From Podarcis filfolensis (taxonomy: Eukaryota), in assembly GCA_964270895.1 (NCBI GenBank), contig OZ185437.1: DNA of 64,000 nt. One strand, given 5' to 3'. Position 1 is the stretch's first letter; every line of letters starts with the position of its first letter. The notes below the pieces were generated by a model, which had not been told where the DNA came from, made no database searches, and was given only the letters and a program-made list of their open reading frames with translations. Position numbers and translations under genes: made by a program. Positions 33,701-45,700 of the stretch are shown here, in pieces.

Positions 33701-36700
33701 GCTATGAGCTAGAAAGCATTGAGAGGGATTTTACACATAGTAATAATGAGCTCCCACCCCTCAACAGCTCCATGCAGAAGGGGTAAAGAGCCTTGTGCAA
33801 CTCTGTGCTCACCAAGTGCTCCAAGTGACTGGCAAGCACAAAGCCAAGCCAACATCCTTCTTCCTCTATCTCCGAGCTGTAGGGTGGAGGCAGAGACTTG
33901 TTTTCCAGTGCTTCCTCTTCTCTTCCCCTCCACCTGCAATAGTTCCAGGACTGAGAAGAAGCCTGAGACCCGTCACACTTCCCAGAGCTATCTGTGTACT
34001 TATCACAATGTGAGCAGCAAACAAAATAGTATCAGACTTTGACTGGTACATGTCCCAGATTAATGATGATGATGATGATCATGATGCTGGTGTTGATGAT
34101 ATATTTCTGAATGGCCTTTTACATGCGTCTCAAGGCAATTTACAAACATCATAAAACAGCGAAAATAATTTTGTGGACTGCACAAAGAATAGAAAATAGG
34201 TTTTAAAACAGTGCAACATAAAACCCTAAGGCAGCTGGAAAAGCTTGTCAAAACAAAAAACAACTTCAGTTATTTCTGGAAAGTATAGATAGTTGGTGTC
34301 CTGAGTTACTGTGGAGCTATTTATGCTCTTCTAATGCTAGTCTTTTAATGCTTGTCTCTACAACACACATTGTTTCTTTCCTTATATGATTGTTGTTATG
34401 CTATCTATAAAAATTCAGAATTAAAAATAATTGATAGTTTCCATTTCATACAAGTGTTTTATTTCTCTCAGTTGTTTAAGCTTTAGTTTTTGATCACTAT
34501 TAGAATATTAGATATGCTACTAAAAAAGACTTGCAAGTGAAAAGTTTGCAACTTTTCTTTGAATTGTGTGTAACTGAATCTCTTCAGGATAAGCATATTT
34601 CATATATATATATATATATAGTAAATGAATGCTTTTTACAGCATGTCTTTGAAGATCCAGAAGGAAAAATTGAATTGCCCCCTTCTTTAAAAGTGAGTTT
34701 CTGGAGAAGGCCACAAGAATTCTTAGTCACTAAGGTGAGAAGATGTTTCTTATTTGATGTTTATTTTATACAGCAGAGTTGCTAACCCTGCACCCATTAG
34801 TACCCCCACCAGATTAAGACCTAAGAAAGAAAGAAAGAGAGAAAGAGAGAAAGAAAGAAAGAAGTGTCTCCCTTCCTAGAAAGACAGTTATGAAGCAAAA
34901 TATGCAGATATAACCAATTTCTGTGAAAAGAGCCAGCCTGGCTCTCTTGCCTGTCAATATTTTAGCCAATGAGTGTCAGAGGTGTGATTGATAAGTGAGT
35001 TGTTTGGACACCAGACAACATGAATCCATTGAGTCCTACAGAGTTTCTGTTTCCTCCCGCCCTTTAGTGCACTTTTCCAGCTTGTGTGTGTTTTTTTAGC
35101 CGCTCTGTTTATTTTGTTTTTCTGCCTGTAAGTCAAGGGGCTACTTGAAAGGCTCTTTAAAAATGTCTTTGTTGTGGTAGTAGAAAGAATGTGGGAATTG
35201 CCTGTCAGTCATTTTGCTGCCTGCAAAGTTGTAGTGGTGGGGGTTGGGGGGTGCCCATTTCAGAGTCATCATTATGATCATCACCATTTGTTCCTGCCTG
35301 TTCCCAAGTTGTTTGAGTAGGGGAGAGCATAGTGCAATTGTAGAAGCATAATTACAATCATATCCTCATACACCTCTAATTTTGAGACACATGTAGATGA
35401 CTTTCCTCCTCAAACATTGTCCAATCTGGGCCAGTATTATTTAACTATCCACCTGTTACCTATATTCAAAGGTTTTGCGGGTGTTTGCCTTCAAAACTTG
35501 CCTGACCAGTGTATGACAGTGGGGGGGGGGGCATGTACCGTATGCCATGGGAAACAATGGGAAACAATGCCACTATCACACTATTGTGTGTCATCCACTG
35601 ATTATTTCACTAATGTCCAAACTCAGTTCAACAACAGTTCATCAGTCTTTTACAGAATTTTAGCATTGATTACTTTAAATTACCTTTCTTAACTTTTGAT
35701 TAACATTTTGTAGGCAGTTATAAGTTATTTCAAGATTTTGAACATGTATAAGCGTTCATAAACATTTTAATAAAAGAATTACAATTATCTTTTTAGGTGC
35801 CTGTGGTAGTGAAAAATGAAGCATGGTTTGACCTTTTTTCAGCCAATGAACATTTAATGGGCAGTGAGGTATGTGTACGATCTCTTCTTAATAAAGAAAG
35901 CATATTAATTGTGTAGATGAGTGGAGGAGACTTTTGATGTTGTCATAAAACAGGTAAAATGCCTTGGCTAGGGCAGGGATGGCTCTACCATGCTGCAAGG
36001 CGAAGTGACCTGTTGCAGGTGATGCCACAGAAGGAGGGTTAAATGAAGGGAAGAATGAGCGCACTTACATTTTCAAAGTGGTGTAAGCTACCTTGAGCTA
36101 TTTTAAAATTCAAAATGAACTGAGTTTAAAAATTCAGCTTGGGGGTAGAGTCCCAGCTGCTGAAGAGCTAGCTTATATGAAAAAATATATGATAACACAT
36201 GGATTGAGAACAATTTCCATCCATTTTAACAAGGGGTTTGGTGTTATAGGGGAGCTACTGAAAGGGAAAAGTGGGGGGATCCAGGTGAATTTAAGCGTGT
36301 TGGGGTCTCATTGATGTCATTGGCCTTAAGGATTTGGATTGCATTTCGATTGCACCTTACAACAACAAGGAGTATGTTACCCTAAACCCAGTAAGGCTTG
36401 CTTCTGAGTAGGTAAGAATAGACTTGAACTGTTAATTAAGGGAGGACTACATACTAGAATACCTTAGGCTTTGGTTAAAATAAACTAAAGTTCTTGGCCT
36501 CAGTCTAGAGACTGGATGCTGTTCACCCACAACAACATACAGGATCTTCCACTTTGTCCCCATGCACATATGATCCATGCTGTCAGAGCTGCTGCTGGTG
36601 AACAACTGTGTGGTGACAGGAGAGGAAAGGAGTCGTCTATTCTCCCAGATGACAGGGTTCTGCTCCTTCTCCCTAACAACATTCTTTTGCTAATGTATGG

Positions 36701-39700
36701 CCACATTTGGTTCCAGATCATGCTTGCTACTTTAGGGTGTCTTTGTTTCAGATTATTTAATACTGACGCACCACCTGCTGTGTGTGATCCAGGAAGAGAT
36801 CCCTCAATAAATTCATCTGGAAAAGTGTTCCCTGCTTTATTTTGATTTTTCTTCTGCTTTTTGATTGCCTACTTTTATAAATCACCATTGATTGGTGATT
36901 TATAAATAAAGTACTCTCTGCACCTTTTAATATGTCTTTCTGTCTCCCATATCCTTCTCTCTCATGTCATATTGGTGCTTAGATTCTGCTCTGTTGAGCA
37001 CAGACTTCTTTTTTTAATGTTCTCTGTGCAGCACTTGCTTTATTAGCTTCTATACAATTAAATGGTGTTGTTATCGTTATGTATTTCATTTTAAAGTAGA
37101 GTTAGACTATATATGTATATATGTATGTATTGTGAACAAAACTGACTTCTTTTATTTCCTTCACCACCCAAAAAAACCCCTGACTTCAGCTGATAAGATG
37201 GATAATAAGTGAAATCTATGCAGTTTGGAAATTGTATAATGCACCTGCTTTAAGTCCTGATCCTAAAGCTAATGCAAATGAAGCACCTCAGCTTTTGTGG
37301 AAGCCATGGGAACATATATATTCATTATGCAAAGCTATCAAGGGACATATGCCATTGTACAATAGCTATGGAAAATATGTGGTAAAGCTTTATTGGATGG
37401 TAAGTATGCATCAATCTTTTTGGTATATATTATGCACATCATTTATTTTACATAGGTTGCAGTCCTGTTGTGGGGAGGGGTGGTTGAAGGCTGAAAGCCT
37501 TTGAGCAGCCTCATCCAAAGGCTTAATGATCTTTCGCTGGAAGGGTGGAAGTGAGGTTCTTGCACTCTTATGTCCTTCTCCAGTTTATTATTTTATTTTA
37601 CAGTTTTCCTTTCATTAGTAGCAACAGCTCCAAAACTGGCATGGTTTTCTTCTTGGTTTGTAGGGGTGGGTGTGCCAGAGAATTGGACAGGCTAGGAATC
37701 CTTTGAATCAGTGCCTTCCCCCAGCACACACCCCTTTCACTCCTTTCCACACAGAGGCTGTGGACACTTCTGCAATGACAGGGAGGGGCCATATAGCGTT
37801 GGATCTCTCCATGTCTCTCTCAGATCTGACATGGTCTGCAGAAAGGGAAATCCAGTGCTTCCTATAGCCTTGGGCTGGGGAAGCTACAACTCTCCAGGTG
37901 TTATTGGATTGCAACTCCCATCAGCCTCAGCCAGCATGGCCAACGATTTAAATAAATGAATGACAAATTTTGAACCAAAATACTGACCACTATATGTTGC
38001 ATGAATATAAAGAGATAGCACAGGCTGAAACCAATTTCTATCTCTTCAGCAAGAAATTATACATTTTAAAATTTAAGCTGTGCCCACAAGCTATTCAAAA
38101 CCCAACATTAAAGCATATAAATTATAGTAACATTTGTTAAGGAGAAACCACACTTAGGTGAATGTAGGTTCAGGTTGATAAAATCCTGTATTGAAAAGGA
38201 GTTCAATCCCATATATGAGATGTCCTATATATACAGCATAGGCAAACAAGGAGGAAATAATTCTCCCTTGTTCCAGATGCTTTGGAAAGTTCAGAAAAGT
38301 GGATTCTAATATATTGCCATGGAAGCATAAGAAGCCATTCCCAAAGTACCAGAACATTCCAATAACATTCTCCCTCAATGGTTGTTCAGTGGCATCTGAG
38401 TAGCACACTTTGCCCCACCCCTTATTTCCACTTCATATGAGTAATAATGATAGATGACAAACTGCTTTTATCGTTGTGCTTTTATAAGGTGAGAACGTTC
38501 CAACTAATCCTTTTAGTTCTGAGAGGATAGTTTTGCATTGGTGAAAACCACGAGAGCTGACAACTGAGGAATAGCTCATCAGTACCCTGCAAACAATTTC
38601 GAAAGTACTAGCTGTGCTGCTTTCCATTGTGCAGACAGAATCTACTGGACTTTCATATTTGCTCTCCCTATTTATTAAAATTATCTATAATGAGGGTCAA
38701 GTTCTTGGAAGGTCACACAGATTTTCATGCTGACACAATTTTTCATTGCCACCTAATCACATTTAATTTCCTTTCTCTTTTGCAGGGGAGCTGGCGAAAG
38801 ATCATTGTGGATGACAGCATACCTTTCAATGAAGACAATGATATGCTGCTTCCAGTAACAACATGTGAAATTGAACTTTGGCCACTGATATTATCCAAAG
38901 CCATAATTAAACTAGCAAACAATGAGTATGTTTTCTAAGCTTTGTGTCTGTTTTGAGATCAAAATAGAGCGATGGGCAACAAAGCTAGAATTTAATACAT
39001 AGGGTGGATGCTTGTTTGTTAAGAATGAATGAATTGATAGGGGTGCTTTTTGAACCCTATAAAATATAGTAAACAAAGGAAGATCCTCAGCTGCAGCCAA
39101 AGTCAGTGGGTATGTTAACACATAATATACTAAGCCATAGTTTAATGCTACATGGATGAGCCTGAAATGTCTGGCTGCAGCATTAGCTTACATCCTCCCT
39201 GCTTTACTCCGCTTGCACATCTGGGAGGAGGACTTTGGCAGAGTTTAGTCCTACTTTTAAAGAATCCCAGCTTATTGTTAAACCAAGAACATTGGTTTAA
39301 AACAAACTGGTTAGTTTTAAGAACTGAGCTTCATAACCCATGATTTGAAATTGTTTTCTTCTGAAACTTAACCAGAGTTTGTTTTAAACAGGAACTCTGG
39401 TTTGAACATAATGCTAAACTGGGATGCTTTGAAAGTTAAACTTGGCTCTTTCCAGCTGTACAGGAGAAGGAGAGAATGCAGTGCAGTAGCTTAGACCTTT
39501 TACTCAGACTTGTTCAGGCTCATTCACATAGCAATAAGCCATGGTTTAATGTCACATGTAAATGCAACTGGATTATATTTACATTAATGAACAAACACTT
39601 TCATTTCAATCCCACAGAGGCCCAGGGTGTCCTTGATTTTCCCTTCCCTCTGCTGCAATCTGTACCCCACTGAACACCTTCAACACTCACATGAAGCTTT

Positions 39701-42700
39701 TTGAAGTAGACATGAAGTTGTAGTAGGAAGAATGAAGTGGGGAATCCCTATTCCATTTTTGGAACTCATTTTGCAGTTGTAGGTTCTAAGGCTCTGTTTT
39801 GTTAAGGAAGGATTTATATTGCACCCTTCAGCCAAAAAGGCTGCCAAAATGACTTTTTAAAAAATCAGCTTTAAGATGGTCCCTGCCCTTAGGTTTATGA
39901 TCTAAAAAGATGACACATGAGGGAAAAGGAGTGGTCGGGGAGCGAGGTAGAGTGGGGAAGCAAACTGGAGCTCAATTTATAATGTTACAGTTATTATAAC
40001 TGTTATAAGATTCTGTTTGTATAGAAGAACAGCATCTACTCACAGGTGTCAGAGGCAGTTATGGCCAGGGCTTTATTCACCAGAAGCACTCCCCTCCTCG
40101 GGTCCAGGAGCAGAACTGCTGAACAATGTGCAGGACAGAGCAGCTTCTGCCACCGTTCTTCCCTAAGGAAGCTGCCGTAACTGACTTGATGGCAGTTAGA
40201 ATCCTCTCGGGAGGGGGCTTGATGGAATTATTTCCCTCTTCAGCCAATGTCTGTGGCAGCATGGGAGCTATAGACCTGGTTTCTCAAAACCCAAGGCCAC
40301 CCAAACAAGGAAATGCTAGGAATGTTGGGGGGGGGAGATTCGGGGTTTTAGGAGGGCATATGTTATAGAGCTCACTGCATTGTAGATCATGAATTGTGTT
40401 GGCAGTTGGAAAGCTAACACAACAACTAACAAAGTACATTTGCATTGCCACCCTACATATTGGTCTGTTTGACCAATAATTCTATAACTTTGTGTCTAGC
40501 AGTTTCAGTTGCATAGCTTTGGAACAAATATAATGAAAAAATTAAAGAAACGTAGATGTTATAGCAGCAGAATTCCACCTCCATTGTGAGAGGGCAGTAT
40601 TCCTCTGAATTCCAGTGTGCTTCTGAATGGCCACTGAGAACAAGATGATGGATTAGATGTGCTATTGACCTGAACCAGCAGGCTCTCTTTGTGTTCATAC
40701 GTTAAAATTTTACTGAGAAGATGTAGAATGGCAATTTTAAATAGATTTATAGATGGACATTTAATATGAAAGCATGTCTTTATTGTCATGAAAGTTTATG
40801 GCTCAAGATAAATTTTCATTTTTCAGTTACCTTAAGACTAGCTGGCTAACATAAGTTTTCCTTTGGAATCTGTCAACTGAATTTGTTCACTAAGTTACAG
40901 CAAATTGTGTTGCCAATAAAAAGGGCCATGGTTTTTGTTCTAATTTCTTCAAACCAGGCTTCCTCAACCTCAGCCCTCTAGATGTTTTTGGCCTACAACT
41001 CCCATGATCCCTAGCTAGCAGGACCAGTGGTCAGGGATCATGGGTAGTCTCAGAACATCTGGAGGGCCAAGGTTGAGGAAGCCTGCTTCAAACCATTGAA
41101 AGCTTGAATTGCTTAATGCTTCATTCCTATCTGATGCTATATTTTGTTTCTGCGAAGAAAAGATAGGAGGCCTGTACCCTTCTGACTGCAGCTGTACTGT
41201 GAATTGATTTGTGAATATTCTTGTTTGCTTGCAGTGGAAATTATATATGAATTATGAAGAATTTGGAAGGATATGAGTGACTGTTGAGACAGAATTAATA
41301 TCTGAATAGAATATTGATCTGCTTATATGCATATTTGTATTTGTTTTAGCATAAATGATGTAGGAAAAAGGGAGCTGGGGGAATTCACAGTTCTACATGC
41401 ACTTACTGGATGGATACCAGAAATTATTCCTCTCCAGTAAGTTCCACTTTTATATGCAGTTCCTTCAGCTTTGCGTCCTGTGTACAGTGGTGCCTCGCAA
41501 GACGAAATTAATTCGTTCCGCGAGTCTTTTCGTCTTGCGATGTTTTTCGTCTTGCGAAGCACGGTCCGTCGCAACTGCGTCTCTTCAAGCGGCTTTAAGA
41601 AAAAAGCGAACAAACTTGCAAGACGTTTTCGTCTTGCAAAGCAAGCCCATAGGGAAAATCGTCTAGCGAAGCAACGCAAAAACCGAAAAACCCTTTCGTC
41701 TTGCGCGTTTTTCGTTTTGCGAGGCATTCGTCTTGCGGGGCACCACTGTACTTGGTTGATCTGGTGTTTGGGGTGGGATGGGGTGAACAGATACACAGTA
41801 TAACTCAAAACTTAAAAGCAGTCAAAATCAACTGAACTCTGTGAATTTTTAAAAAAAACTTAAAAGATCATAAGTTGATTGTTGCTGGGATCTTTTTCTT
41901 GTCTTCCTTTCTGCCTGCTCAATACTCACTCGCTATTTAATCACTTTATGACTCCTTTAGTGAAATATTACCTTTTAAAATGGTTGTACACATGTTTTAT
42001 TTGTTGGGTTTGTCTGGTAATTAATGGTGTCTATAGGATTCTAGGCTAAATGAATTTCAAATTCACACTTACCTGGGAGTTAGACCTGTTGAACTCAGTA
42101 GGGCTTTCATCTGAGGAAACATACATTGGATCGTGCTGTCCAAGGATGTAGGGGGAAAACTATGTTCATCGTATCAAACAATCATTTTAAATATCTGATT
42201 TTGAAACTGCTTGGTTTAGTTTTTTGTTTGTTTGTTTGTTTGTTTATGTTATTTCTGAATGGGTTTTACAGAGTAATCTTAACCTTCTGATCTGTGCTGC
42301 TAGAGAGAGTTAAGATAAGATGATGTCCCTCCACCAGTGGAGGACTCCATCGCTGCCAAAAGTGCAGGGGGTTGAAAGGCTGTTTCCAGCAGCTAGTATA
42401 GAGCTCCAAAACATAGCCTTATAGAATCATTAAGAGCGTGGGGCAGGTACAATGCAGAACCAGCCATAGATCCACTAGATGTAAAGCTGCTCTATCCCCT
42501 GAGGGGAGTGCCAGCATAGAGCCCCTCAACAGTATCAGCCTAGAGCCAGCATTGCAAAAAACATATTGACTGGCTCAAGTGGCAAGACTTGGGCATGTGG
42601 CCATTGTTCCACCACTTTACTCCCCTGGTTGGGGTTGCTTTTGCTTTGTCCCTAACCTTTTGGCAAACAGTTGTGCTTGTCTTCGTTAGTTATTTTCTCA

Positions 42701-45700
42701 GTACTCCAGAAAAAAAAATAGGTTGGATTTCTTTTCAAGGAGTGGATACATTCTAGATGACACTAGTTTCCAAGAGTGACTAGAATGGTTCCAGTGATAA
42801 CCAGACTATTTAAATGGTAGTAAAATTCAGCATGGTTGCTTGACTTGACTTCTACTTGAAAACTTGAGTAGCATAATGCATATGCAGTAAATAAAGAGCA
42901 GACAGAACTACATTTCAAAGCAATGTTTATGTATATTTTAAAGATCTGGATATTTGGATAAAGTTTGGGAATTCTTAAGAGAGACATTGCCAGAATTTAA
43001 GTTACCAGAAGAATCCGTTCCTGAACTTAAGATGTCACTTCAAGACACTAAAAAAGATCTGAAATCATCTGACATTAAAAATGATGCCGTACCTACTGTT
43101 AAGCCACCAGAGAAGGTAGAGAAACCTGAAAAAACTGCCAAAGGTATGAAATTTTAAAGACTGTAAATGATATGCAACAAAGGACACCTTCTGGACAGAG
43201 AAACCACATCTTTATTTCTTTGCACTTTTCTGTATAGGCGTCAAATAATCACATTAAACTCCAAGGAGTTACCAGACTTGAAGGTGTTATGTGTATGTGT
43301 GAGAGAGAACTGAGGTTCGAAGTAAGTCTGCAATCCAGTGTACAACAAAGTACCTTTAAATCCCATTGAAATCAGTGCAACAGTGTGCTGGATTGAAAAT
43401 TTAGGACTGCCCTCAGATAACTCAGCACCACTGAACTTAGTGAGACTTACTTCTGAGTAAATATACAGTATACTGCCACAGTAGATACATTAAGCCTTAT
43501 TGATTTCAGTAGACTTAACTGTACACGGGATAGTGATGTGTAAGTTTGGTTGTAAGTACTGATCAAATAGGATACAGAAAAAATATTCTCCATGTAAGTA
43601 TTTTTTAATCAAGTCTTAAATATTATCTCGGGTTTTCTTCTTTAAATGACATAGTTTGGAGGCAAAAACATTTACACCAATAGCAATTGCATGATTTTTT
43701 TTAAAGTAAATAGCAGGAATCACAGGAAGGTAAAGGATCTCTGTGGCCCGTCACATATTCTCTTTTTCTCTCTCTGTATATACTGTGTATATATACAGTG
43801 CACTTTCTAATTGCATGGAATGGGGTCATGTCAAGTTTGGCCCTTGGAAACTGAGGAGAGCTCTACTTTTAGCACATAGCAGCTTCGACCAGGAGTGCTG
43901 GTTTTTTTGCTTAGGTCTTGTGAGGCAGCTGTGCCCTTCCCTGGAGAAGGCTGGCCATCCCCACACATTCCTTAGTTATCTTGAAACTGGATTATTGCAG
44001 CAATTTATATAGGGTTGCCTTTGAAAAGTGTCCAGAAACTTCATCTACTGCAAATGGTGGCAGAAAGCGTTTTACTTAACCTGATTCTTTAAAAAATCAA
44101 ATCAAATCATTGGACTCTGCTGCTTCATTGGTTTCCAATTTGTTTCTGAGCGCAATGCAGGTGCTGGCTCTCACCTTGAAAGACCTGAAATGGTTGTAAT
44201 CCTGCCCATGCCACTTAGATCTTTAGAGGTTCTGCTCCATGACTAAGTGTGGTTGATCAGTATGTAGTCAAGACTTTTGTTGTTGTCGTGCCTTACCTCT
44301 GGAATTCCTTCTCACAAGAAGCCCAGATTAACTTATTATTTTTGGTGAAAACATTTTTCCATGGGCCCAGGCTACTGGGATTTGTATTTTTTATTTTATT
44401 TTATCCCCACTGTAGTTTTACTACTATAATGTTCTATAATATTTTATAGTTTTGCATAAGCATTATATTTTTATTCTATATGAATAGTCTTTATCAATAT
44501 TGTTGTTAAGTGTCTTAAAGGTTCTTTAGAATGGAAAGTACAGTGTAAAAACACTTTAAATAAGAAAGAAAGGTGACTATTCGTTATCCTTTGTGCTTTG
44601 TTCTGCTATAAAACCGCTAGGCAGGCCAGTAAACAGGCATCGTGTTAGTTCTTTTCCAGAGAGACTCATATTATCTGCTCACGAAGCCCCTGCGTTGGCA
44701 TTCCAGTCTTTGCTGGGGCTTTGCATGGGGGCATCTGTGAAGATCACAGTCTCTGCGTGGGTTATTGATTCTCATAGTTGCTAATGGGTGGTGCTGGACT
44801 ATGGCCAGGGTTTGAATCCCCACTCAGCCATGAAGCTCACTGGGTGATCTTAGGCCAGTCACCATCTCTTAGCCTAACCTACCTCACAGGGTTGTTGAGA
44901 GGATGAAATGGGGAGGAGGAGAACCATGCACACCACCTTGAGCTACTTGGAAGATAAAGGTGTTATATAAATTTAATTAATTAATTAATTAATTTAATTA
45001 AAATACGTGGAAAGGTTATAGACAAGATATGAGTGGCGAGCCGTTTGTAAAGGTTGCCTTGAACACAGAATCATGATTTATCTTGAACTTAACATTTATC
45101 TAAAACAGAGGCATGAATTTTGGTTCACGGTTTTCTGCACTACCCATTGCTTGAGACAAGGACCACTGGGTGTTGTGTGACTATGTATGGTAGTATTCAC
45201 ACGTGCATTGTCTTTCTTTGGTAGAGAAGCAAGATCAAAAAGATGTTGGAAAGAAGAGAAGCAAAGATGGTGAAAGGGATAAATTTAGGCCAGGGCCTCA
45301 TTCTGGACGCGTATCTTCTGACTTTCAAAATTCTCTCCAGCTGTTTCTTGATGGTAAATTATAATTGTTCCTAGATGTATGTAACAACTGATCTCAACAG
45401 CGAATATTTTATTGACTTCTGCTCATAATTAAGGATTGTAGGCTTTTCCTCAGCTGAATGAGACTGCAAAAGATCACACCAGTTTGCATGAAACACAAAT
45501 TAATCTCAAAGGCAGGCAGAAAGTACTTCAGAGTTGGTTTCAGCCTCAGGGAAAGTGTATATTGCCCCACATTCCCATCTTCTTTTAGGTGGTCTGAAGA
45601 AGTTAACCTCTTCAGGTAAACTGCAATCCTGAACACGTTGCTAAAATTTTGGGTTTGTTGTGGGAAAAGCAGGAAGGTACATGGAACAATTCGCTTGGAG

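Noticed and set aside
37150-37189. U12-type intron suggested by TTCCTTCAC upstream of ADGB exon 5
   Set aside because: The upstream donor is GTATGT, not RTATCCTT; all donors found look U2-type.
41323-41808. 161-aa and 110-aa Arg/Lys/Phe-rich ORFs
   Set aside because: They lie within a palindromic MITE; compositional artefacts.
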